This document shows positions 42,287 through 51,393 of a stretch of DNA of 64,000 nucleotides, piece after piece. The stretch is taken from IMG/VR virus record IMGVR_UViG_3300017975_000002. The stretch is one strand, 5' to 3'. This stretch comes from a virus. The notes under the pieces were generated by a model that was not told where the DNA came from, ran no database searches, and saw only the letters and a program-made list of their open reading frames with translations. The position numbers and the translations under genes are program-made. The number at the start of each line of letters is the position of its first letter. Within the stretch, counting starts at the first letter, position 1.

Positions 42287-43045
42287 ATGAAGAACAAGCA
42301 ACTCGAAGGTGCATTCTCCGACGGTGAGGTCGGCGATGCTGACATGTTCGGACTCGACGAGTTCGGCATGCCAGTAGGCACAGATCCGCTGTGGGGCGCC
42401 GTCATCGGCGGCGGCCTCGGCACTACAACGGCCCTTGTCGCTCGCGCAATGACTCGGCCCTCATCCAGATGGCATCGCTATGCTGAAGGCGTCGGCTTCC
42501 TGACTGCCGGCATCGCAGGCGGTGTCATGATCGGATTCCCGGCTACGCGACGCATGGGCTGGGCCGCGGTCGCGACCGCACTGGTCACCAACGGCATTCG
42601 GCAGCTCGAACACTCGCTGTTCCCGCCGAAGTTCCATCACCATGAGCTAGCGGCCATGCATGCGAAGGCCGTCTCCAGTGATGGCACTGCCACTGCGGCT
42701 GATGCTGCCAAAGCACTTCCCGCAGGTCCTGCCGCAGCGCCTCCAGGTGGCTTCGGCATCCATGCCATCGAGCCTGGGTATCCCGTCCCGGCTGGTTATG
42801 TCCAGCCAGGTCTGGGAGCGCCCGTCGTCGAGCCAGCATACCCGATCCCAGGATCGGTCCATGAAGGCGGCGCCAGCTTCGACGGCTTCGGAGCTGAAGC
42901 TCCGGTAGGCCCACCGACCTTGCTCGATGCCGGTGACTACGGCCTGAGCAACAACCCAGCCGTGCAGCAGAACGCCAACCTCGGCGGACCGACCTTGTCG
43001 GCCCTTGGGGCGCACTTCGGCTCCACGCTGTTCAGCAACAACTGA
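42287..43045 (+). CDS. Gly/Ala-rich hypothetical (membrane/structural) protein
   Basis: Strong RBS taaggagaaacac; 252 aa. Confidence 0.55.
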   Translation: MKNKQLEGAFSDGEVGDADMFGLDEFGMPVGTDPLWGAVIGGGLGTTTALVARAMTRPSSRWHRYAEGVGFLTAGIAGGVMIGFPATRRMGWAAVATALVTNGIRQLEHSLFPPKFHHHELAAMHAKAVSSDGTATAADAAKALPAGPAAAPPGGFGIHAIEPGYPVPAGYVQPGLGAPVVEPAYPIPGSVHEGGASFDGFGAEAPVGPPTLLDAGDYGLSNNPAVQQNANLGGPTLSALGAHFGSTLFSNN

Positions 43046-43149
43046 TCACACGAGCGACTAAATCGCTGCCGCGATCAAATAGACCTCGGTAGCGTGAGAA
43101 ACGGACTCGAAAACTGGCCGGCAACGGCCCAAAACAAGGAAAACGAACA

Positions 43150-43875
43150 ATGTCCGGCATGGTAGGTACTGCACCATCAACTACAACCCTGACGCTGCCC
43201 GACGGCAGCACGATCGCCCTCGCGGACTGGATCGACGACAAGCTGTACGGCTCCGCCCAGCTAACGAACGGCCAGACGAGCCCACTGGAGATCTTCTCCA
43301 CGGGCCGCAGCCAGCCGATCCCTGGCGGTATCCGTGTCCAGACGGGTGTCGACACCAACATCCCGCGTAACGGCGACACCGGTCTGCCCAAGGACTGGGA
43401 GATGCTCGTGTACGGCTGGGGTCTGATGATCACCCGCATCATGAATGCGGGCCCCAACGGCTATCCGATCCTCGCGGACGGCATTCCGCAGGGATCTGGT
43501 ACGACCGAGTCAGACGTCCCGCTGATCAACACGCTGTTCCAGATCGATCGCGTGACGATGTTCCTCTACGAGTACAACGCGAAGATCTACACCAAGGGCG
43601 TCCTCCAGGACTACCCAGCTGGTCACGGCTACACGGTGTTCACCACGAACACCGCGACCGAGATCGCGCAGAACGGCGTGCAGTCGCCACGTGATCGCGT
43701 CGCTCTCGTGCTCCCAGTGCACGAGCGTGAGAACCTCGGCTACAAGGGCATCCTACAGCCCGAGGCGCCGCTGTTCTGGGTCCAGAACGCGACGCTCAAC
43801 GACGCCAACACGGCGCTCAACTACGCCGACATCAAGCTGTACAAGTACGGCCTCATCAAGCGTACGGTCGTGTGA
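43150..43875 (+). CDS. putative virion structural protein, paralog 1 of 3
   Basis: 241 aa 'MSGMVGTAPSTTTLTLPDGSTIALADWIDDKL...'; followed by hairpins and a terminator-like stem plus T-run. Confidence 0.6.
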   Translation: MSGMVGTAPSTTTLTLPDGSTIALADWIDDKLYGSAQLTNGQTSPLEIFSTGRSQPIPGGIRVQTGVDTNIPRNGDTGLPKDWEMLVYGWGLMITRIMNAGPNGYPILADGIPQGSGTTESDVPLINTLFQIDRVTMFLYEYNAKIYTKGVLQDYPAGHGYTVFTTNTATEIAQNGVQSPRDRVALVLPVHERENLGYKGILQPEAPLFWVQNATLNDANTALNYADIKLYKYGLIKRTVV

Positions 43876-43902
43876 AGTCTAGCTAGGCAAAAGCCTAGCT
43901 GC

Positions 43903-43944
43903 GACTTTCAAAGGCGAGAATGCAACACAGTGTTTGCGTTCTCG
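43903..43944 (+). terminator. hairpin terminator between paralogs 1 and 2
   Basis: ggcgagaa...ttctcgcc stem then tttcgtataat; preceded by a second perfect hairpin agctaggc-aaaa-gcctagct. Confidence 0.4.
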
Positions 43945-43978
43945 CCTTTCGTATAATGGCGCCCAAACGAGGAAAACA

Positions 43979-44704
43979 ATGTCCGGCATGGTAGGAACTG
44001 CACCATCAACCACGACCTTGACCATGCCGGACGGCAGTACGATCGCCCTGGCAGATTGGATCGACGACAAGCTGTTTGGCGCCGTTCAGCTGACGAATGG
44101 CCAGACTAGTCCGTTAGAAGCTTTTTCGACGGGCCGCAGTCAGCCAATCCCTGGCGGCGTTCGCGTTCAGACCAGCGTCGATACAAACATTCCACGTAAC
44201 GGTGACACCGGTCTGCCCAAGGACTGGGAGATGCTCGTATACGGTTGGGGAATCATGGTTACGCGTGTGATGAGTACGGGCCCCAACGGCTATCCGATCC
44301 TTGCCGACAACGTTTCTATTTCTGGTCTTCCCACAGGGCCTTTCACAGAGTCGCAGGTCCCGCTGATCAACACCCTGTTCCAGATCGATCGCGTGACGAT
44401 GTTCCTCTTCGAGTACAACGCGAAGATCTACACGAAGGGCATCCTGCAAGACTTCACGACTGGTCACGGCTACAAGACGTTCACGACGAATACGGACACC
44501 GAGATCGGGCAGAACGGCGTCATGTCACCACGTGATCGCGTTGCCGTTGTGCTCCCAGTGCATGAGCGCGAAAACCTCGGCTACAAGGGCATCATACAAC
44601 CTGAAGCACCACTGAACTGGAAGCAGATCGGCGCATTTGGACCGCTCAACTATGCCGACATGAAGTGGTTCAAGTACGGGCTCATCAAACGGACGGTCGT
44701 GTGA
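43979..44704 (+). CDS. putative virion structural protein, paralog 2 of 3
   Basis: ORF 43934 trimmed to MSGMVGTAP; ~75% identical to paralog 1. Confidence 0.6.
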   Translation: MSGMVGTAPSTTTLTMPDGSTIALADWIDDKLFGAVQLTNGQTSPLEAFSTGRSQPIPGGVRVQTSVDTNIPRNGDTGLPKDWEMLVYGWGIMVTRVMSTGPNGYPILADNVSISGLPTGPFTESQVPLINTLFQIDRVTMFLFEYNAKIYTKGILQDFTTGHGYKTFTTNTDTEIGQNGVMSPRDRVAVVLPVHERENLGYKGIIQPEAPLNWKQIGAFGPLNYADMKWFKYGLIKRTVV

Positions 44705-44766
44705 AGTCTAGCTAGGCAGAATCCTAGCCGTGACTTTCGTACAACAGCTCCCACAAGGAAACACCA

Positions 44767-45492
44767 ATGTCCGGCATGGTAGGAACTGCACCATCAACCA
44801 CGACCTTGACCATGCCAGATGGCAGTACGATCGCCCTGGCAGATTGGATCGACGACAAGCTGTACGGCTCTGCCCAGTTGACAAACGGCCAGACAAACCC
44901 GTTAGAAGCCTTTTCTACGGGCCGCAGCCAGCCGATCCCTGGCGGCGTTCGCGTTCAGACCAGCGTCGATACAAACATTCCACGTAACGGTGACACCGGT
45001 CTGCCCAAGGACTGGGAGATGCTTGTGTACGCCTTTGGATTTATGGTTACTCGCGTGATGAATGCGGGCCCCAACAACTACCCCATTCTCCCTGATGGAG
45101 TGCCTGCCGACATTTTTGTTACTTATACAGAATCGCAACTCCCGTCCATCAATACCCTATTCCAAATCGATCGCGTGACAATGCTCTTGTACGAGTACAA
45201 TGCGAAAATCTACACCAAGGGCATCTTGCAAGACTTCACGACCGGTCACGGCTACAAGACGTTTACGACAAACACTGTAACCGAGAACGCGCAGAACGGC
45301 GTGCAGTCGCCACGTGATCGTGTCGCTCTCGTGCTCCCAGTGCACGAGCGAGAAAACCTAAGCTTCAAAGGAATCATACAGCCAGAGGCGCCATTGAATT
45401 GGTCGCAAGTCTCCATGAGCGGGAACGGGCCGCTCGACTACGCCGACACGAAATGGTTCAAGTACGGGTTGATCAAACGGACGGTCGTATGA
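44767..45492 (+). CDS. putative virion structural protein, paralog 3 of 3
   Basis: 241 aa; ~75% identical to paralogs 1 and 2. Confidence 0.6.
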   Translation: MSGMVGTAPSTTTLTMPDGSTIALADWIDDKLYGSAQLTNGQTNPLEAFSTGRSQPIPGGVRVQTSVDTNIPRNGDTGLPKDWEMLVYAFGFMVTRVMNAGPNNYPILPDGVPADIFVTYTESQLPSINTLFQIDRVTMLLYEYNAKIYTKGILQDFTTGHGYKTFTTNTVTENAQNGVQSPRDRVALVLPVHERENLSFKGIIQPEAPLNWSQVSMSGNGPLDYADTKWFKYGLIKRTVV

Positions 45493-45525
45493 GGCAGTAG
45501 CCTGTCGATCTGCTAGGATGCCTTC

Positions 45526-45750
45526 ATGGCTCGTCGACCGCTGCGCCCTGGAGACATCGTCAAAGTCAACGATCGCATCGGAGCAATCTGCAAGCTCGAC
45601 AGCGCAGACGAGGGTAAGAGTTTTCGCATCCAGTACCGCAGTGTCGATGGCGGTGATGGCGGAGGCGAGCATTCGATTCCTGCTGAGACTCGTCGTGTAG
45701 GCCGCGTCGATGCGCTCGTCTTGAAGAAGATCTGCAAGGGCGTTGGCTAG
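45526..45750 (+). CDS. small hypothetical protein
   Basis: 74-aa ORF; weak. Confidence 0.3.
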   Translation: MARRPLRPGDIVKVNDRIGAICKLDSADEGKSFRIQYRSVDGGDGGGEHSIPAETRRVGRVDALVLKKICKGVG

Positions 45751-45761
45751 GTAAAACGCAT

Positions 45762-45781
45762 TCGATCGCGTGCGCGATCGA
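45762..45781. repeat. palindrome TCGATCGCG-TG-CGCGATCGA
   Basis: Perfect 9-bp arms; a member of the recurring GATCGC..GCGATC intergenic motif. Confidence 0.5.
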
Positions 45782-45812
45782 AATCGTGTTAGGCTGACGG
45801 CAGAGGTCATCC

Positions 45813-46262
45813 ATGTCTGCGTCCATCGCCCAACCCGTACTCATCGAAGCAACGCCCTTCATGCTTCGTTACGCGTTGAATGTGACGCGTGACGGGACTG
45901 TCGGCGAAAGCAACTTCGTCGTCCTGTACAACAACCTTATAGCCGGATTTTTGCCAGCTCATGCTGCCAATATGGCCGTCGACGTCCTCAACTTCAGCCC
46001 CCTGGTAGACGTTCTAGCGATCGAGAACGTGACTACCATTGCCGAAGCCAACCAAGCACTGATCTTCAACGAAAACATGCGTGTCAGTATCGCGCAATTC
46101 GATCCTACGCTCACATTCGGTGTAGTAGGACACGTCAACGTCTCAAGCTCCGAAACTCGCCCTCAGCTGGCCATTCAAGCATACGACTTGACTGGACCTA
46201 CAGTCGCGGAAACTACACTCGGCATCATCTCGGTCGAATTCAGACACTCGATCGCGAGCTAA
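45813..46262 (+). CDS. small structural-type protein, paralog 1 of 2
   Basis: 149 aa 'MSASIAQPVLIEATPFMLRYALNVTRDG...'. Confidence 0.55.
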   Translation: MSASIAQPVLIEATPFMLRYALNVTRDGTVGESNFVVLYNNLIAGFLPAHAANMAVDVLNFSPLVDVLAIENVTTIAEANQALIFNENMRVSIAQFDPTLTFGVVGHVNVSSSETRPQLAIQAYDLTGPTVAETTLGIISVEFRHSIAS

Positions 46263-46278
46263 CAGTAGAGGTCAAGCC

Positions 46279-46731
46279 ATGTCCGCACCGGTACTTGCGC
46301 AGCCCGTACTTATCGAAGCAACGCCCTACATGCTTCGTTACGCGTTGAACGTGACGCGTGGCGGGAGCGTTGGAGCAAGCAATAGCGTCATCCTGTACAA
46401 CAACCTTTTGCCTGGAACTTATCCGGCGCTCCCTGCCAACATGGCCGTCGAAGTCCTCAACTTCAGCCCGCTGGTGGACGTTCTAGCAGTCGAGGGCATC
46501 ACTACGGTTCAAGAAGCCGACCAAGCACTGATCTTCAACGAGAACATGCGTGTCAGTATCGTGCAGTTCGATCCTACACTCACGTTCGGTGTAGTAGGAC
46601 ACGTTAACACCATAAACGCGGAAACTCGCCCACAGTTGCTGATCCAAGCGTATGACTTGACTGGACCTACAGTCGCGGAAACTACACTCGGCATCATCTC
46701 GGTCGAATTCAGACACTCGATCGCGCAATAG
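46279..46731 (+). CDS. small structural-type protein, paralog 2 of 2
   Basis: 150 aa; ~70% identical to 45813..46262. Confidence 0.55.
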   Translation: MSAPVLAQPVLIEATPYMLRYALNVTRGGSVGASNSVILYNNLLPGTYPALPANMAVEVLNFSPLVDVLAVEGITTVQEADQALIFNENMRVSIVQFDPTLTFGVVGHVNTINAETRPQLLIQAYDLTGPTVAETTLGIISVEFRHSIAQ

Positions 46732-46744
46732 GCTACAGGGCAAT

Positions 46745-46762
46745 CGATCGCGTACGCGATCG
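46745..46762. repeat. palindrome CGATCGCG-TA-CGCGATCG
   Basis: Second copy of the GATCGC..GCGATC motif, immediately after paralog 2. Confidence 0.5.
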
Positions 46763-46783
46763 GAGCCGTGGTAGATTGACGGC

Positions 46784-47674
46784 ATGTTCGACGCTCAGTT
46801 AGCTGCCGCAGGCGGTCACGCAGCCTCCTCTGGCGGCCATCCTGGCGCTTCTGCGCCTCATGCCCCTGCGCCTCCTCATGTTCCTATCCATCCAAACGTC
46901 GAGCGAGCACGGCTGGAACGTGAATACTTCGCGCGTTTCTGGCGCGATTCACGTGTTATCTGGCCCTTCCTCTATAGCGAAACGTTCTACGAAGGTTCTG
47001 GCTTTGCCTGCGATGACAGCGGCTGCTACAGCGACAATCCCGACGTCCAAGAAGCATTCCAAGCACTGCAAGCATTGATCAACCAGTTTTCGGGCGCCGC
47101 CAACTTTGCGCCACTCGATTTGAATGGACAAATGGACTTGCGAACACTGGATGCCGCAGTACGTGCTGCGCGTATTGCAGCGCTTTTGCCTGCCGTCCAG
47201 ACGATGGAGCCTTATGGCACTCGTCAGTTGATGGAGCTGACAAGCGGGATCTATACGCCTGAATGGTTGACTCAGCGCACAGGCCAATTGCTGAGCGGCT
47301 TCAACTTCGCTCTTTCGACGGCTGAAGCTACGTGGCCCGCGCTAGTCGCGCCTGGTACTGCACCATCGGGTGCACTATCCGACGCGGAGACAGACAAGAA
47401 GCCACTCTACAAGAAATGGCAGTTTTGGGCATTGTTAGTCGGTACGGTAGCTGTCGTTGGTGGCGGCGGCTATTGGATCTACCGGCGTCGACGAGCGACT
47501 ACTACCGGTGTTGGCAATCCTGAACGGCCGCAAGTACGCTATCGCGTTGGCGGCAAAAAGACATTTGACACGCCAGAAGCGGCTAACGAGTACGCAGAGC
47601 GTATCTGGCAAAAGTCTGGTGTGGTTGTTGAAATCCGAGAAGTTCGCTCACGCACGGCTGCACGCAGACGATAG
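46784..47674 (+). CDS. membrane-anchored protein ('DKKPLYKKWQFW'-TM-RRRR)
   Basis: 296 aa. Shares the juxtamembrane motif with 36345..37877. The N-terminus is His/Ala/Pro-rich. Confidence 0.5.
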   Translation: MFDAQLAAAGGHAASSGGHPGASAPHAPAPPHVPIHPNVERARLEREYFARFWRDSRVIWPFLYSETFYEGSGFACDDSGCYSDNPDVQEAFQALQALINQFSGAANFAPLDLNGQMDLRTLDAAVRAARIAALLPAVQTMEPYGTRQLMELTSGIYTPEWLTQRTGQLLSGFNFALSTAEATWPALVAPGTAPSGALSDAETDKKPLYKKWQFWALLVGTVAVVGGGGYWIYRRRRATTTGVGNPERPQVRYRVGGKKTFDTPEAANEYAERIWQKSGVVVEIREVRSRTAARRR

Positions 47675-47676
47675 AC

Positions 47677-48126
47677 ATGCTTGCTATCACTACAACGCTG
47701 CCGCCAAGCGCACGTGAGACTGCCGAAGAGCAATACGTCCCGTTCAAGCCGCTGCTCGTTGAAGGCACAGACTTCAAGTGCACCTCTCAGATGTGCTATG
47801 GCGTTGGGCCCATTCACGGCGTTCTAGGAACGCTTCAGCTCCATCTCAATCGCATCGTTCCTGTAACGCGCGACGGCTTCATTGGACAGCAGACGAAGGC
47901 AGCCGCCGAACGGGCCGCTGGCGCCATCCTTGGCTTATATGCAGGTCTCGCGGCTACCGGAAGGCTTCGTCAATACCAGCTCAACATCGGCCGCCAAGCG
48001 CTAAGCCTGTTGCAGACACTTCAAGACGGACAGCTTTCGCGTCAGCAGATCGCTGAACAAGCTGTCCCGTTGACGATGCTATTCAGGCTCGGTGCTGATG
48101 CAGCCGACAACTTGGGCTACCACTAG
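47677..48126 (+). CDS. peptidoglycan-binding-domain (PG_binding_1-like) protein
   Basis: 'VLGTLQLHLNRIVPVTRDGFIGQQTKAAAERAAG' resembles the PG_binding_1 helical motif. Confidence 0.5.
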   Translation: MLAITTTLPPSARETAEEQYVPFKPLLVEGTDFKCTSQMCYGVGPIHGVLGTLQLHLNRIVPVTRDGFIGQQTKAAAERAAGAILGLYAGLAATGRLRQYQLNIGRQALSLLQTLQDGQLSRQQIAEQAVPLTMLFRLGADAADNLGYH

Positions 48127-48131
48127 TAGCG

Positions 48132-48293
48132 CTAACCGTGCAGCACGTGAACTGTTGCAGGCGCGAGCGCGATGAGCAGCGCTAGTACAGCCGCGAAGAA
48201 GAGCATGCGGCCGATCTCGGCTGCCTTCGAATTTGCACAGAGCAAGTACATCAAAAGGCCGCCGATAAGAGCTGCGAGGGTGAGGTATGCCAT
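48132..48293 (-). CDS. 53-aa two-TM membrane protein (below ORF-track threshold)
   Basis: Translated by hand as MAYLTLAALIGGLLMYLLCANSKAAEIGRMLFFAAVLALLIALAPATVHVLHG; two hydrophobic helices; could be holin-like. Confidence 0.3.
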   Translation of the reverse strand: MAYLTLAALIGGLLMYLLCANSKAAEIGRMLFFAAVLALLIALAPATVHVLHG

Positions 48294-48372
48294 GCTTCAT
48301 AGTACAGGCGACACGTACTCCTGTCTGTGGTGCGGCTTAACAGTGTTGGTCACTGTATAATCCTCACGTCCA

Positions 48373-48741
48373 ATGAAGCAGATCCTGTTTCTCGACGACG
48401 ACCACGAGCGTCATCACACATTCCGCGCACGTACGAAAGCACTCGGCTATCACGATCGCTTTCAGATCGTGCAGGTCTTTACGTCAGCAGACGCAATCCA
48501 GCATCTACGTGACCGTGCAGGCACGATCGAGCAGGTTTTCCTCGATCACGATTTGAGCTGCGACGACGTAGGCATGAAGGTCGTAGATCACATCTGTACG
48601 ATGCAGACGCCTCCGCCCATCGTAACGGTGCATAGTGTGAATGACGTCCGCTCCGTCGAGATGTGCACGCGGCTTGCGGAACTACGCACGATCCTTGTGC
48701 AACGCGTGCCGTTCCCGCAACTCATAGAGCAAATGCGCTAG
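48373..48741 (+). CDS. stand-alone response-regulator receiver (REC/CheY-like) domain
   Basis: 'ILFLDDD' acidic pocket, 'VFLDHDLSCDDVGMKVVDHI' phospho-acceptor region, 'IVTVHS' and 'RVPFP' (K-to-R variant). Confidence 0.55.
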   Translation: MKQILFLDDDHERHHTFRARTKALGYHDRFQIVQVFTSADAIQHLRDRAGTIEQVFLDHDLSCDDVGMKVVDHICTMQTPPPIVTVHSVNDVRSVEMCTRLAELRTILVQRVPFPQLIEQMR

Positions 48742-48996
48742 CTAACGATCGCTCTCGCGATCAGTCAGTAATCGCGCCAGCGACTGTTGCCAAGGCGCTC
48801 GCGACTTGATAGCGTGCGGTCGCTTTGACTTGTGGCGGTGACTTCCCGAACGGGTCGACGTCGAGCCGCACGACGAGGTTTGGCCACGTGCGGTCACCAT
48901 CTGCCTGATGAGTGAATTCATCTAACATTTCAAAGCTTTACGTTCGACTGTCAGAGCTTCATGCGAGAACCTTCAGCACAAACGGAGAGCCACAAC

Positions 48997-51393
48997 ATGA
49001 GCAAGAAGATCGACGCTGAGTCCTACGAGATCGAAAAGGGCCTGTACTTGGTTGCGCAGACCATCAGCCACGGAGACCCAAACAAAAAGAAGGCCGTTGA
49101 AACACCGACAAACCACATTGCGTGCATTGACGTCTCCGGCAGCATGACAAGCGACCTGCCGAAGATTCGCGAGCAGCTCAAGAAGAAACTCCCGAAGCTG
49201 CTCAAGGAAGACGACACACTCTCGATGGTTTGGTTCTCGGGCCGCGGTGAATATGGCGCGTTGTTCGAGGCCGAGCCAGTGAGCACGCTCGCGGACCTCA
49301 ACGACGTCAACAAGTGCATCGATCGTTGGCTCAAACCGATCGGGCTCACCGGTTTCAAGGAGCCGCTTCAGGAAGTCGAGAAGTTGGTCCAGCGCATCAG
49401 CAAAAAGAACAAGAACCCGTTTGCACTGTTCTTCATGTCAGACGGCTGCGACAACCAGTGGAACCGCGCTGACATCCTCAAGGTCGTCGAGCAGACCGCG
49501 GGCGGTCTTGTATCGTCAACCTTCGTCGAATACGGGTACTACGCGGACCGCATGCTCCTCTCAGCGATGGCCGAGAAAGCTGGCGGTACGCTGATCTTCG
49601 CCGAGGCGTTCGACAAGTACGAGCCGGTATTCGAAGCTGCAATGCAAAAGCGTCCCGTAGGTGGCAAGCGCATTGAAGTCGATGTCGGCGGTGACCCTAT
49701 CGGCGGATTCGCTTGGACAATGGAAGGCCAAGGCTACGCCGTTGGCAAACAGAACGATGACGGTTCTCGACCGCTCACGCGTCCATCTACGGACGGTGAC
49801 TTGGTTACGTACAACGTGAGCACAGGCAAGGCTATCGTCCCGGAGTTCACGCAGCAGCTCTACTATCTATCGCCAACGCCTGTCGGCGTTGTTGGCTCGA
49901 CACTCTCTGACCAAAGCGAGAAGTTCGCCAAAGGCGCAATGATATGCGCAATCAGCCCAGCCCATGCTGCGCTTTCGCTGTTCGCAGTACGCATGAAGCC
50001 AGAGATCGTCTACCCGATTCTCAAAGCGCTCGGTGATGTCGCCTTCATCGAACGGTTCAGCATCTGCTTCGGTAAGCAGAAGTACAGCGAGTTTATGGAC
50101 GCGGCGAAGCTTGCGGCCTTCGACGAAGGCCAACGCTTCACCAAGGGCCGTGATCCCAAGAAGGTTCCAGCCGACGATGCGTTCACCGTTCTCGATCTAC
50201 TAAGGCTTCTGGCTGAAGACGAAAGCGCGCGACTTCTACTCGATCATCCCGAGTTCAAGTACTCGCGTGTGTCGCGCAAGCGTGTCGATGCTGACGAGAA
50301 CCTGTCAGCTGACGAACAGCTGCAGATTGAAACAATCCGTAGTCAGATGGCCGGTGAGAAGTCGGTCAAGAAGCTCAAGGAGTATCAAGCCGAGATCGAC
50401 AAGATCCTTGCTTCCAAGAAGGAAGCACTCAAGTTCATAGCCGACTCGGCGCCTGACGGTTACGCGATCTCGAATCTAACGTACAACGAGTGCCGGCCCA
50501 ACATCAGCGTACTCGTGAAGAAGGCTGGTCATGTGGATCTGTCATCACGGCCTGACCACAAGAAGTACAAGATCCCGACGGACTTCGAGACGCATGTCTG
50601 GCGCAATTACACCATCGTCTGCGACGGCCTCGTGAACGTCGAGAAGCTGCCGGTTACTATTTCCGAGGCTACGTGGAAAGCGCTGCAAACTGCGGGCGTG
50701 CAGGCAGAAGCGCAACCAGGCGCTGGCAAGAACGGCGTTGGCATCGTCGTCATCGACCTCAAGCCGCTGCCCATCATCAATCGCGAGATGGTGAAGGCCG
50801 TCAGTGCCAAGTCGAGCATCGAGCTAGAGTGGGCACTCTTGAAATCGCGTGCTGCACAGAAGGTCTACAAGCACTACCAGAACGAGCTGTTTCCAGGCGT
50901 CAAGCTCAAGAGCCTAGCTGACCTCTACGGTAAGGACGGCGCCGAATGGCTCAAGGAGCAAGGCATCACGTACAACGGTTTCTCACCAAAGACGGTCCAG
51001 GCTGAAAGCAAAGACTTCATCATCGGTAAAGAGCTGGAGATCAAGCTCAAGGGCTGCAGCAAGCTCGATTCGGTGAAAGCCGTGAAAGAGAAAACGGGCA
51101 AGAAGAATCCGTGCGATGTTCTCATGTCCGATGCCATCGACGCAGTGGAGAGTTACCTCAAGAAGAACCCAAAAAACCTCCACGAGAAATGGCTAACCGG
51201 CAAGACAGACACAGCCACTGCCGAGACGCGTGGTTTGATCTACCAGACCGCTCAAACCCGCTTCGCTATCATCGTCGGACAGGTCTGGTTTCAGGAGTTT
51301 GGATCTCTCGACGAGAACACGCTGAAGGTGAACGTCGACGGTCAAGAGATCACCGGCATCGCCGAGCTTCGCGAGGTCGAGATCAAGATTTGA
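48997..51393 (+). CDS. large protein with N-terminal vWA (MIDAS) domain
   Basis: ATG with RBS ggagag (ORF 48961 trimmed). 'HIACIDVSGSM...FFMSDGCDN'; ~600 aa of unassigned C-terminal sequence. Confidence 0.75.
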   Translation: MSKKIDAESYEIEKGLYLVAQTISHGDPNKKKAVETPTNHIACIDVSGSMTSDLPKIREQLKKKLPKLLKEDDTLSMVWFSGRGEYGALFEAEPVSTLADLNDVNKCIDRWLKPIGLTGFKEPLQEVEKLVQRISKKNKNPFALFFMSDGCDNQWNRADILKVVEQTAGGLVSSTFVEYGYYADRMLLSAMAEKAGGTLIFAEAFDKYEPVFEAAMQKRPVGGKRIEVDVGGDPIGGFAWTMEGQGYAVGKQNDDGSRPLTRPSTDGDLVTYNVSTGKAIVPEFTQQLYYLSPTPVGVVGSTLSDQSEKFAKGAMICAISPAHAALSLFAVRMKPEIVYPILKALGDVAFIERFSICFGKQKYSEFMDAAKLAAFDEGQRFTKGRDPKKVPADDAFTVLDLLRLLAEDESARLLLDHPEFKYSRVSRKRVDADENLSADEQLQIETIRSQMAGEKSVKKLKEYQAEIDKILASKKEALKFIADSAPDGYAISNLTYNECRPNISVLVKKAGHVDLSSRPDHKKYKIPTDFETHVWRNYTIVCDGLVNVEKLPVTISEATWKALQTAGVQAEAQPGAGKNGVGIVVIDLKPLPIINREMVKAVSAKSSIELEWALLKSRAAQKVYKHYQNELFPGVKLKSLADLYGKDGAEWLKEQGITYNGFSPKTVQAESKDFIIGKELEIKLKGCSKLDSVKAVKEKTGKKNPCDVLMSDAIDAVESYLKKNPKNLHEKWLTGKTDTATAETRGLIYQTAQTRFAIIVGQVWFQEFGSLDENTLKVNVDGQEITGIAELREVEIKI

